From Dehalogenimonas sp. (lineage in GTDB: Bacteria > Chloroflexota > Dehalococcoidia > Dehalococcoidales > Dehalococcoidaceae), in assembly GCA_050864255.1 (NCBI GenBank), contig JBOWAX010000005.1:27906-91905 (forward strand): DNA of 64,000 nt, written 5' to 3'. The position numbers and the translations under genes are program-made. The first letter of the stretch is position 1; each line of letters opens with the position of its first letter. This document shows, piece by piece, positions 9,978-19,398 of the stretch. Below the pieces are notes generated by a model. The model made no database searches. It was not told the DNA's origin and saw nothing but the letters and a program-made list of their open reading frames with translations.

Positions 9978-11459
9978 TTAGTAAAGGATCAACGTGAAGT
10001 TGTACACATACACCTTGGTATCTTCGGTTAATTCCTTGACTATATCCGCTACGATGACATTTTCAAAGCGGTGAGTATCCCTGAGTGCTTTGGCGTAGTC
10101 GAACACATTAGTCTGGCTTTCGGTGGCCATTCCACTGATAGTCAGAACTCCTCCACTCCAGTCAATGGTATCTACGGTAACTTTGGCGGACGGGATTTTT
10201 GTCCAGGCATTGCGCACGTCACCGGAGGCTTCCTCCCGTTGGCTACGCATATACTGATATTGTGTTTCCAGTGAATCGGTCTTGGTGACAATGGGTACTA
10301 TTGCTGCATCGACATTTGCTGTCTGAGACTGAACTCCGGCGGTTTCTGCTTCTGTCCCTGCAATGTCAGCCTGGAGTTGAGTGACTTGGGTTTGGGCGGC
10401 ATCAATTCTGGCTTGAATTTCATCGTTCTGTGCTGCAAAGTCATCAATCAGGAACCAGCCATAGACCAACCCGCCTATCAAGGCAACACCTGCTACCGGT
10501 GCCAGAATATTAAACCAATTGATACCCTTGGGCAGATATTGAGCCGGTAATACGTTTAAGTTGATAATGCTGCCGAAAGCGGCATCTTCCTTGGACAATG
10601 GCACCATGCCCAGGTTAGTAATGAATTGACTGACATCAAAACCTTCCGGAGCTTCAAACGGTGTAGTCAGTGCTTCCACTGGATGGCCTTCCTGGCCGCC
10701 GAGCGCCGGCCAAGCGTTCACGTCACGGGTAAGCCCGCCGGATAACAGTACGGGCGTTTCTGCATTCAGCGGATTCTCCGGGTGCGAGGAATTGTAGAAG
10801 GTAACGGTGCGTGAGATTTCCTCAGCGATGCTCATGACCTGCTCTGCATCGGTCATGGTTTCTGAGGGCAGCGGGAAGGAACGGATGACCTCCGGGATAC
10901 GGTCCACCAAAATAATAATATCAATATTGGACAGCCAGGTATTGACCATGATCGCACGGTTAACATTGGCCAGCCGGGCCAGCGCAAGGGGAGCAATGTC
11001 CATAAACCTGATTTTAAGCCCGGCTTTTTCTATTGTGCGCGCTAAAGCTTCCGTAGCATTTTTTGGATATGCTACCAGAAAGAAACGGTTTTCATTACCT
11101 TCTGTTCCCATCATTTGCCGGGAGAGATAAACTTGATCCATGGGTATCGGAATAACCCGGGTGGCTTCATTTTGGATGGCATCGTCCAGGATGTTTTTGG
11201 GAACGTCTGCTGGTAAGGAGATGATGCGGAATATAGAGTTTAGACCGGAGAGTGAAGCCACTACGGTAGAACCACCTAGTTCTTCACCTGCCATGAAATC
11301 ACGTAACCTTGCAGCAACGGTATCTTCCTGCTGAATAACCCCATCGGTCACCAGCCCCGAATCCAGCATCAGGGTAGCCCATTTCTCCACCATTTTACCG
11401 TTGGTGACCAGAAGTTTGACTTCGTTATCCTCAATATATAAAGAGACTTGTTTTGTCAT
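9978..11459 (-). CDS. PilM-PilN fusion protein (actin-like PilM domain, TM helix, coiled coil, PilN-like C-terminal domain)
   Basis: The N-terminal ~320 aa look PilM-like. They are followed by a TM segment (FNILAPVAGVALIGGLVYGWFLI), a Q/A-rich coiled coil, and a C-terminal beta-rich domain. SD GGAGGAAG precedes the start. Confidence 0.75.
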   Translation of the reverse strand: MTKQVSLYIEDNEVKLLVTNGKMVEKWATLMLDSGLVTDGVIQQEDTVAARLRDFMAGEELGGSTVVASLSGLNSIFRIISLPADVPKNILDDAIQNEATRVIPIPMDQVYLSRQMMGTEGNENRFFLVAYPKNATEALARTIEKAGLKIRFMDIAPLALARLANVNRAIMVNTWLSNIDIIILVDRIPEVIRSFPLPSETMTDAEQVMSIAEEISRTVTFYNSSHPENPLNAETPVLLSGGLTRDVNAWPALGGQEGHPVEALTTPFEAPEGFDVSQFITNLGMVPLSKEDAAFGSIINLNVLPAQYLPKGINWFNILAPVAGVALIGGLVYGWFLIDDFAAQNDEIQARIDAAQTQVTQLQADIAGTEAETAGVQSQTANVDAAIVPIVTKTDSLETQYQYMRSQREEASGDVRNAWTKIPSAKVTVDTIDWSGGVLTISGMATESQTNVFDYAKALRDTHRFENVIVADIVKELTEDTKVYVYNFTLILY

Positions 11460-11460
11460 C

Positions 11461-12090
11461 TTATTCTTCCTCCAGCGCCATCAAGGTTATGACAATGGTA
11501 GTTTCCGTGGGTGGAACGCCGGCGTATTCCGCGTCATATTCGTGAAAGATCTCGGTATTTACGGAATCAATGGTGGAGGTCAGATACGGTTCAATAAGCG
11601 ACACCGTTTCCAGACTGCCGATGAAGTTGTTGATGTCGGAAATATTTCCGGTGACACTCACCGTCATGGTGGTGCTCTGGTAGTCTATCTTATCAATAGT
11701 AACGACAGAGAAGTCTTCGGCATGGAACTCCACTAGATTTAAAGAATGATTGGCGGCCCGGATAAATAATTGGGTGCCGTAATCAATGGTCTGAACAGCT
11801 GCAAGGTGAATCGGCGTCGGGAATTTGGCTATATATTCATCCAACGCTGCCTGTGCAGCGGCCATTCTGGCCTGAGTGTCCAGAAGGTTCTGCTCCGCTG
11901 CGGCAAGGTCTTCTTCCGCACTGGTTAATCCGCCTTGAACGATCGGCAACAACGCCTGAGTCGTGTCCAGACTATTGGTCAATTGGGTTTCTCGGTCGCG
12001 CTCATCCTGCCAGAGCATATACAATATGCCGGCTCCGATGGCAATAATACCTAAGAAGAGGGTGATGATTACTGCTTTACCGATCTTCAT
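11461..12090 (-). CDS. PilO-like pilus assembly protein
   Basis: Single N-terminal TM, then a coiled coil, then a ~100-aa C-terminal domain. SD AAGGAG precedes the start. The position after pilMN fits PilO. Confidence 0.6.
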   Translation of the reverse strand: MKIGKAVIITLFLGIIAIGAGILYMLWQDERDRETQLTNSLDTTQALLPIVQGGLTSAEEDLAAAEQNLLDTQARMAAAQAALDEYIAKFPTPIHLAAVQTIDYGTQLFIRAANHSLNLVEFHAEDFSVVTIDKIDYQSTTMTVSVTGNISDINNFIGSLETVSLIEPYLTSTIDSVNTEIFHEYDAEYAGVPPTETTIVITLMALEEE

Positions 12091-12156
12091 GCGGACTCCT
12101 TTATTATTGTGTTGTACTCAATTAGATTGACGTATAATATTGACCACTCGATCATG

Positions 12157-13323
12157 CTAGGGGTTTATTTCGTACGTTTTTATTCCCAAGAAAGCACCTG
12201 GTGTGAGCCCTGGAAATTGAATTCCGGTTCCTTCGAAACCACCATCGGGATATACAACACTTGTGCCTGGTTGTAAATCAACCATCACACTACCAGCGAT
12301 TGCCCCATAAAAAGAACCGCCCGGTTGTAGTGTTGTGGTGCCAGAGACTGACATAATAAAAACGGGATCAGTACTATTAGCGTCAATATTCGGTGCAAAA
12401 TATATATCACCCACAGCGATAATTGCACCAGGGCCGACTACTGTCACGCCATTATTTCCCCCTGATATTTTTAATACGTCGTCTCCAGTACCGCTAGGGT
12501 TCAGGGTGCCGGTATTTTCCACAAAAATTGTATAACCATTTAGATCAAGAGTGAAAGCTTTACTATTAAGACCAATCTCCATATTACCAGTTATGTACCA
12601 GTTACCTTGTAGCGTTAATGTAAACTTTGTGCTGTTATTTGCTGAATCCTTGATGCTTATGGGACCATTACGATACAATGCCCCGAATTCTGTAGATACA
12701 CCTTCGATGTCAAAATTATCACTCTCCCATATGGTCGCGTCACTTAAAAAATACTGGTAATACTCCGAGATTTCTGTAGGGCTTGGCCATGCGCCAGTAT
12801 AGGGTACGACAGGACCATGTTCTTCGCCAAAGTCGGGTATGATTTCGTATTGCTTGTCGTTACTGGGGGTTTCTATCTCTGTTTGACTCGTAACGACATT
12901 TTCAAGAATTCCCGAAAAATCTCCTGTAACATCTTGCACGAATGATTGTATTACGGTTGAATTACCACCAATTGTTGCAGTGGAAGTAAGTTTAAAAGCT
13001 GGGATACCAGCCACGTACTCTGTTGTAACTGATACATTTTTGTTATCAACGATAAAGTTTAGGACAGGGAAAATATATTCCCCGGGATCTGGTAAGGGTT
13101 CAATTTTATACCATTCCTGAAGAGCAAAAATACCTCTCTCTACACCGGCATCAGCCGCATAAAGTTCTGTGACTTGACCTTCGATATTCCTTCCGACATT
13201 GAGACTAGTAGTAACTAGTCCAACCAATGGCCCAATAATTAGTCCTCCTATGGCTAACATCACCATCGCTAAAATTAATGCTTGCCCTTGTTGTTTGCGG
13301 ATTAAAAATTTACATTTGTTCAT
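12157..13323 (-). CDS. Large pseudopilin / PilX-like minor pilin (no Glu5)
   Basis: N-terminus KQQGQALILAMVMLAIGGLIIG (hydrophobic pilin-like helix) is followed by a large beta-rich domain. A strong SD GGAGGGAGG precedes the start. Confidence 0.5.
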   Translation of the reverse strand: MNKCKFLIRKQQGQALILAMVMLAIGGLIIGPLVGLVTTSLNVGRNIEGQVTELYAADAGVERGIFALQEWYKIEPLPDPGEYIFPVLNFIVDNKNVSVTTEYVAGIPAFKLTSTATIGGNSTVIQSFVQDVTGDFSGILENVVTSQTEIETPSNDKQYEIIPDFGEEHGPVVPYTGAWPSPTEISEYYQYFLSDATIWESDNFDIEGVSTEFGALYRNGPISIKDSANNSTKFTLTLQGNWYITGNMEIGLNSKAFTLDLNGYTIFVENTGTLNPSGTGDDVLKISGGNNGVTVVGPGAIIAVGDIYFAPNIDANSTDPVFIMSVSGTTTLQPGGSFYGAIAGSVMVDLQPGTSVVYPDGGFEGTGIQFPGLTPGAFLGIKTYEINP

Positions 13324-13346
13324 CTTGAGCCTCCCTCCGGGGTAAC

Positions 13347-13925
13347 CTATACACTATCGACCCTTGGTTTGATTTGATATATTCTGGTTTCCGTTGCTGC
13401 GTTGTTGCCTGTGCCTATTGTTACTGTGACTTTAAGTTCGTAACCCTGTTTTAATCCTATGAATCTAAACCATGATGGCCCTTCTGATGGAGTTTTGGAA
13501 GTATCCCAAACCAGATTCGTTGCTATCGTGATAGGTTCAGAAACAGGGTTATCTCCGATTTTTTCTGTTCTTAGTAATTTGTATAAGCCATCAATCTCCA
13601 CCACGCTATAAGTGACGACAGTATTGATGCCTAAGAACCCATCTAAATTTTGATGTATAACGAAATCAAAACCGTTGGGGCTATTAAGGTCTATAATTTC
13701 TGTTGTTTGTAACACATCTCTGCTGATCCATTGTCCAGTGTTTTGAACTTGACGTATAGCTAGTGTCCGATTTGTACTTAAATCATTTGTGTTGAAGATT
13801 TGCATAGTAACACCAGCTAAGGCTAGCATTATTACACTTAAGATTGATATTGCAACTATCACTTCAACCAAAGTGAAAGCTTGCTGTTTCCTTATCAATT
13901 TGGATGTTATTTTGGAAAACATCAT
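13347..13925 (-). CDS. Type IV pilin-like protein with Ala at the -1 cleavage position
   Basis: KQQA/FTLVEVIVAISILS matches the prepilin motif G/F(T/S)L(I/V)E except for Ala in place of Gly. An ATGA overlap couples it to the upstream pilin gene. Confidence 0.65.
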   Translation of the reverse strand: MMFSKITSKLIRKQQAFTLVEVIVAISILSVIMLALAGVTMQIFNTNDLSTNRTLAIRQVQNTGQWISRDVLQTTEIIDLNSPNGFDFVIHQNLDGFLGINTVVTYSVVEIDGLYKLLRTEKIGDNPVSEPITIATNLVWDTSKTPSEGPSWFRFIGLKQGYELKVTVTIGTGNNAATETRIYQIKPRVDSV

Positions 13926-14407
13926 CGTCTGACCTTAAACCCAACCAATTCCACGCTGGAACCCCATATATTGGAATTACCGTTAGTATTGAAGGTGATA
14001 GTAATTTCGATTTTCTGGATACCATCATCGGCATCATACTTATAATAGGGGCTAGTCGTTTCTAACGAGTATGAATCGTATGTGTCCGGATTAATTGGTA
14101 TCACCACAATTTCCATACTAAAGGCAATTGAATCGTAATTAACCTCACCGTAGCTTGCCTGTGGTCGGGAAGGATGGCCAACATCCTGGGAATAATTCAG
14201 ATATATTTCCTTTTTGATAAACTCTAATTGAGAGCGGGCGATACTTTCAGCTGTGGACTTTGTATCATCTAACATATTGGCTTTTAAGGCATATTGTAGG
14301 CTTATCAAGAAAGCTACTCCCACCACCGTGAGAATAAACAGCGCTATCAACACTTCAATCAGACTGAAGCCGTTTTTCTTCAATTTTATTTTATTTACTG
14401 CGGCCAT
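13922..14407 (-). CDS. Type IV pilin-like protein (prepilin-type N-terminal cleavage/methylation motif)
   Basis: KKNG/FSLIEVLIALFILTVVG is a canonical class III signal. The start may be at 14407 (MAAVNK) or 14434. Confidence 0.75.
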   Translation of the reverse strand: MAAVNKIKLKKNGFSLIEVLIALFILTVVGVAFLISLQYALKANMLDDTKSTAESIARSQLEFIKKEIYLNYSQDVGHPSRPQASYGEVNYDSIAFSMEIVVIPINPDTYDSYSLETTSPYYKYDADDGIQKIEITITFNTNGNSNIWGSSVELVGFKVRR

Positions 14408-14455
14408 TGTGGGCCTTTTGCCTTTCCGCCTCATCAGGCGGTCATATTGTTATTG

Positions 14456-15661
14456 TTAAAGCTGCCCGTACATAGAGTACATCGAACCGACCAGCGCCAC
14501 GGCGATGAAGGCCACGATAAGGCCGATGACAACGGTCATAATGGGTTGAATCAGGTCAATGGCGCCTTTAATGCGGTCATCAGCTTCCATGTCATAGGTA
14601 TGAGCCACGGTGGCCAGGGTATCATCAAGCTTACCGGTTTCCTCACCCACACCGACCATTTGCACCATCATGGGCAGGAACACCTTACGCCGGGCCATGG
14701 GACCGGAAATGCCCTCGCCGCGGACCAGTTCCTTCTGAACTTCACCGATGGCCTCACCAACGATTTTGTTGGAGGTGGCGTTCTGGGCCTGAACCATGAT
14801 TTCCGGCAGCGGCAGGCCGGCTTTGAAAAGCAGTGAGATGGTCTGTGAGGCGCGGGACAACTCAGACAACTGAATGATGCGCCCGATAATCGGCATTCTC
14901 AGGAGGGCTTTATCTATAACGTAGCGGCCTTTGGCCGTACGCCCCCAGATAACCAGACCGATAACTGCGGCGACAATTACGCCCAAGATGTAAACACCGT
15001 AAGCGGTGGAGAAATCGGTCACCGCAATCAGGATTTTGGTGGCCGCCGGCAGGTCAGTGCCCAGTTGCCGATAGAGATCGGTAAAGGTGGGCAGTACAAA
15101 GATCATCAGCACCGCCACCACAATGACGGCCACCACCGCCACCACGGTGGGGTAGGTCATGGCGCTCTTGAGCTTTTTCTGAGTCTCATTCATGCGCGCC
15201 AGAAAGTCCGCCATATTGCGTAGCACGACTTCCAGATTACCGCCCTGTTCACCGGCGGACAAGACGCGGTGGAAGAGCGGGGAGAAAACCTTGGGATGTC
15301 TGCTCATGGCGCCGGACAAGGAAGAACCGCCGCGGATGTCATTGGCAACATGGCCAAGGGTAGTGCGGAAGGTCTTGTTAGTGGTCTGGTCCTGCAGCAG
15401 TTCCAGCGCAGTGACGATGTCCGTGCCGGACTCCAGCAGCAGCGCCAACTGGCGGGAGAACAGAATAATTTCGCCCAGTTTTACTTTGGGGGTGAACATG
15501 CTGGAGGTACTTGCGGAAAACAGCTTTGACTTGGACTTTAGGGACAGAACCTGAAATCCGTTAAGTGCCAGAATTTTGGCAGCGGCATCCTTATCGGTGG
15601 CGGCTACCTTGCCCTGTACCATTCGGCGTTCTTGATTGTAGGCGACGTAAGCGAAATCCAT
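14456..15661 (-). CDS. pilC: Type IV pilus platform protein PilC (GspF family)
   Basis: 401 aa with two T2SS-F-like repeats and three hydrophobic blocks. Confidence 0.9.
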   Translation of the reverse strand: MDFAYVAYNQERRMVQGKVAATDKDAAAKILALNGFQVLSLKSKSKLFSASTSSMFTPKVKLGEIILFSRQLALLLESGTDIVTALELLQDQTTNKTFRTTLGHVANDIRGGSSLSGAMSRHPKVFSPLFHRVLSAGEQGGNLEVVLRNMADFLARMNETQKKLKSAMTYPTVVAVVAVIVVAVLMIFVLPTFTDLYRQLGTDLPAATKILIAVTDFSTAYGVYILGVIVAAVIGLVIWGRTAKGRYVIDKALLRMPIIGRIIQLSELSRASQTISLLFKAGLPLPEIMVQAQNATSNKIVGEAIGEVQKELVRGEGISGPMARRKVFLPMMVQMVGVGEETGKLDDTLATVAHTYDMEADDRIKGAIDLIQPIMTVVIGLIVAFIAVALVGSMYSMYGQL

Positions 15662-15810
15662 ATTAGTAATTCCTAATCTAATTTTTGGTTTCCTAAACAG
15701 AAACCTGCCATTGATTATTCTGTTCCGGACTCCATGTCCAATTAAGTATTCTCTTAAGTATTATTATACCCCTTTTTTGCAATACGTAATTATGATGTAA
15801 ATTAAATATT

Positions 15811-18207
15811 TTAGAAAGCCTCTTCAGGTGAATAGGCGTTTCTGAGAACTTCTGACGGTGTGGTAATGCCTTCCTGCACTTTTAACATGCCGTCTTTCAT
15901 GATGGTAACCATGCCTTCTCGGATGGATTGATGATGAATATCACTGGCGCTGCCACCCTCAAGCAGCATGCGTTTCAGTGTCTCTGAGAAATACATAATC
16001 TCATAAACACCCACCCGGCCCAGATAGCCGGTGAAAGCGCAGGATTTGCATCCTGTTCCGTAAGTAAATTTTGCCCGTTTCTCACCGGTTTCCCGCTCAT
16101 AGGCGACCTGTTCCACTACCGGAGCTTCTACCTCGTGGTTGCAGTAGGGGCAGATACGGCGCACCATACGCTGGGCAACCACACCGATGAGGGCCGATGA
16201 GATCAGGAAAGGTTCTACACCCAGATCCACCATTCTAAAGAGCACCCCGACGGTATCATTGGCATGGATGGATGACAGCACCAGGTGGCCGGTCAGAGCA
16301 GCCTGAACAGCGATATTGGCCGTTTCCGCGTCCCGGATTTCACCAACCATGATGACATCCGGATCCAAACGCAGTATGGAACGCAGTCCGGAGGCAAAGG
16401 TGATGCCGGCCTGGACATTGACTTGAATCTGGTTGATGTCCTTGAACCGGTATTCCGCCGGGTCTTCAATGGTGATGACATTGCGGCCTTTAGTATCAAT
16501 GGTGGACAGTGAGGCGTACAGCGTGGTGGTTTTACCGGCGCCGGTGGGGCCGGACACTAGAATCATACCGTAGGGTACCCGGAGCATGCTTTCATATTTG
16601 GCCAGGGTTTTTTCATTGAAGCCGAGCTGAGGTAAATGCAACAAACCACGTGATTTGTCCAGAATACGCATCACCGACATTTCACCATGGACGGTGGGCG
16701 CGGTGGCAACGCGGATATCAATGTTCCGGCCGCCGGCGACGGTAGAGAACTGTCCATCTTGCGGGTGATGATGGTCGGCAATATTTAGTGATGACAGAAT
16801 CTTGATACGGGAAATGATAGCCCGTTGGACGCTGATGGGCAGACTCATCATCTCCTGGAGACTGCCGTCAATGCGGAAGCGTACCCTCAGGCGTTCCTCA
16901 TCCGGTTCCAGGTGAATATCTGAGGCACGGGCCTTGACGGCCTCTTCAATAATCAAATTAAGCGCCTGGGCTAAAGGCGCATCCACGGCCGCGTCAACCG
17001 CCATGGATTCATCAGTGGCTTCAGAAGAGATAGAGATGCGCGATAGGAATTTATCTACTTCACCGTAGCCCTTGTAGTTGAAGTCCATGGCGTCACGGAG
17101 TGCGCTTTCGTCGGCTGGTATGGCTTTCACCCGGCGTTTGGAATAAGCAGACAAGGCTTCAATGGCCATGATGTCCGATGGATTGCACATGGCCACTTCC
17201 AAGGTAGTGCCGGTGACCTTGAGAGGCATGGCGCAATAGCGGCGGGCCATAATCTCCGGTATTAGTTTGAGGGCCTCTGGCGTGGGTGACTGGCGGAGTG
17301 CCGGTTCCTCTTTCGATGGTTTATCAGTTTTAGTCTCAGTTTTCGGCGCAGACGGACTGGGGGCGGCTGGTGTTTCCGCTTTCGGTTCTTCTAGTGTTTT
17401 GGTTGCGCTGTCAGGCTTCTTTTTTTCCTTGGGTTCCAGTTCTACTTTGAGTTGCGATGACTGCGCGGGTTCCAGTTCAATGATCTTTACCTTTTGGCTC
17501 TCGGCAAATTTTTGGGCTTCCGGTGAAAGAGGTGCCGAAGTGGCGATGAATTTAGCCCCCACCCGGGTATCGTAAGCCTTGGTGTCAAATACAGAAATTT
17601 CCTCCAGGTTAACCATGGGAATATTATCGAAGATATCAATGCCCAGGCTGTGCTCCCGGGAGCCGTTCTGCCGTGCCAAGAGGTCAAAAGTATGTTCTAC
17701 TCCGCTGCGGCCGGACATAATTGCATGTTCTTCTACCTTGTAACCGGTTTTTTTCAGCGCTTCAATCAGCTCCGGTTTTCCGATGAACTTAAGCGGTTGT
17801 CCCAGTGCCGGAGCCTCGGCAGGGGGCAGGTCATTTTGGGTGAATAAGGCGGCAAGCTCCCCTTCATCAAATATTTGGACCTTCTGGCTGTCGGCGAATC
17901 CCTGTGCCTGGCGGGCCATTTTGGATGGCAGGATGACCACTCGTTCGTTGATGCCGGTGTCATAAGTTTTATTGGCAAAGGTGAAAATCGCTGATTCTGA
18001 ATCAGATTGGTCAGTCAGTCCGGTCAGGATGGCAAAAGCGATAGTGCGTTGAGTGAATCCATCGTTGCGTCGGCCCAGGATGTCAAAGGTGTGTTCCAAT
18101 CCGGAGCGGCCTCTAAGCGCCGCCTTCTCGGTGACTTCATAGCCCTGACCGCGCAGATAGGCTGACAGTCCGGCGGCGATATTTTTTTCGGCGGTGGATA
18201 CCGGCAT
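15811..18207 (-). CDS. pilB: Type IV pilus assembly ATPase PilB/GspE with a ~300-aa N-terminal extension
   Basis: The C-terminal part has a GSPII-N domain, Walker A GPTGAGKTT, the Asp/His boxes and the tetracysteine CPYC...CKSC. The N-terminus has two copies of a ~105-aa module (GRSGLEHTFDIL / GRSGVEHTFDLL) followed by a P/E/K/T-rich linker. Confidence 0.9.
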   Translation of the reverse strand: MPVSTAEKNIAAGLSAYLRGQGYEVTEKAALRGRSGLEHTFDILGRRNDGFTQRTIAFAILTGLTDQSDSESAIFTFANKTYDTGINERVVILPSKMARQAQGFADSQKVQIFDEGELAALFTQNDLPPAEAPALGQPLKFIGKPELIEALKKTGYKVEEHAIMSGRSGVEHTFDLLARQNGSREHSLGIDIFDNIPMVNLEEISVFDTKAYDTRVGAKFIATSAPLSPEAQKFAESQKVKIIELEPAQSSQLKVELEPKEKKKPDSATKTLEEPKAETPAAPSPSAPKTETKTDKPSKEEPALRQSPTPEALKLIPEIMARRYCAMPLKVTGTTLEVAMCNPSDIMAIEALSAYSKRRVKAIPADESALRDAMDFNYKGYGEVDKFLSRISISSEATDESMAVDAAVDAPLAQALNLIIEEAVKARASDIHLEPDEERLRVRFRIDGSLQEMMSLPISVQRAIISRIKILSSLNIADHHHPQDGQFSTVAGGRNIDIRVATAPTVHGEMSVMRILDKSRGLLHLPQLGFNEKTLAKYESMLRVPYGMILVSGPTGAGKTTTLYASLSTIDTKGRNVITIEDPAEYRFKDINQIQVNVQAGITFASGLRSILRLDPDVIMVGEIRDAETANIAVQAALTGHLVLSSIHANDTVGVLFRMVDLGVEPFLISSALIGVVAQRMVRRICPYCNHEVEAPVVEQVAYERETGEKRAKFTYGTGCKSCAFTGYLGRVGVYEIMYFSETLKRMLLEGGSASDIHHQSIREGMVTIMKDGMLKVQEGITTPSEVLRNAYSPEEAF

Positions 18208-18286
18208 TATTTATTCCCCTTACAACGAGTTAAACATATAATCTAAGCTAGTTCAAACAATAATATTGTGGTTAGCCAACGTTATT

Positions 18287-18985
18287 CTACCCGGCCTTTT
18301 CCGGGGCTTTATCCTGACCTAATGGTATATACCCCCGGCGGATGGCCAGCACGGCAGCATGGGCACGGTCATTGGCATTGAGTTTGCGAAGGATGGCCGA
18401 GACGTGATTCTTGATGGTCTGTTCGCTTATTTTCAGTTCAGTGGCAATCTGTTTGTTAGTCAGACCGTCGGTCACGCGGATAAGGATCTGGCGTTCCCGC
18501 TGGGTCAGCGGCGTGACCACTTCCAGCCCATCGTCCTCAGTCAATTCCTGGAAGTTTTTCAGCACGCGGTGGGCGATATTGGGTTTGAGCAGGCTTTCAT
18601 TAATCGGGTACTCCCCACGTGAGGCGCGCTGGATGGTTTCCAGCAGTTGTTCCGGTGTGGAACTTTTCTTGACGCAGGCAACCGCGGCGGAACGGATGAC
18701 ATCAAAAAGCTCGGCGTCATTAGGATCCGGTGAAAGGATAATCACCCGGATGTTGGGAAACAGCCGTACCACCTTCCTGCCCAACTCCAGTCCGTTTTGA
18801 GCCGTTAGATCAGAGCCCAGTAAGACCACATCCGGCATGGTGGCTTCAATTTTGTCCAGCGGCGCATCGGAGGGGTCACATTCAATAATCTCATATTCCG
18901 GTCTGCTGCCAAGGGCGAGGGCGACACCGGAACGGAAGAACGGTTGCTCATCACAGACCATGATTCTGGTCTTGTTTATATTCAC
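18287..18985 (-). CDS. NarL/LuxR-family response regulator with an atypical receiver
   Basis: REC plus a C-terminal LuxR HTH (LTQRERQILIRVTDGLTNKQIA). At the expected phospho-acceptor position the sequence reads PDVVLLGSDL (Gly, with an Asp two residues later). Confidence 0.85.
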   Translation of the reverse strand: MNINKTRIMVCDEQPFFRSGVALALGSRPEYEIIECDPSDAPLDKIEATMPDVVLLGSDLTAQNGLELGRKVVRLFPNIRVIILSPDPNDAELFDVIRSAAVACVKKSSTPEQLLETIQRASRGEYPINESLLKPNIAHRVLKNFQELTEDDGLEVVTPLTQRERQILIRVTDGLTNKQIATELKISEQTIKNHVSAILRKLNANDRAHAAVLAIRRGYIPLGQDKAPEKAG

Positions 18986-18987
18986 GT

Positions 18988-19227
18988 CTATTCTCCTTGT
19001 TCCCCAGAGCCGGAGGCACCGTTGCCCTTATTGTGATGCCCGGCCAGGAAAGCGTCAATATCCTCGCGGCGGAAGCGCCGGTCACCACGGGGGCCCAACT
19101 GGTATGATTTGAGCGTGCCCTGGTTGCTCCAACGCCTGACGGTATTTATATGGACGTTGAGAATGACGGCTACTTCGTTGCTTGTCAGCATCGGCGTTAC
19201 CGCGGACCGGTTAAATTCCTGCACCAT
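18988..19227 (-). CDS. Small excisionase/MerR-type helix-turn-helix protein
   Basis: LTSNEVAVILNVHINTVRRWSNQG...RRFRREDIDAF is present. The gene is 2 nt upstream of the regulator gene. Confidence 0.7.
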   Translation of the reverse strand: MVQEFNRSAVTPMLTSNEVAVILNVHINTVRRWSNQGTLKSYQLGPRGDRRFRREDIDAFLAGHHNKGNGASGSGEQGE

Positions 19228-19398
19228 ATGTATTCACACCTTCCTTTACCTTACTAAATAACACCAAATAATACTATACATCAACCTTGAGTTATATACA
19301 AGACCCCAATTAGTACCAAAATTTAAGTACCTTAGTCATATTCCAGTCGCGCTGTCTATCTGATTGCGTAAACGCTGAAACAAGGGCATAATCAGGAT

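Noticed and set aside
9500-9997. 165-aa plus-strand ORF
   Set aside because: It is antisense to pilT, with Ser/Arg/Pro-rich shadow-ORF composition.
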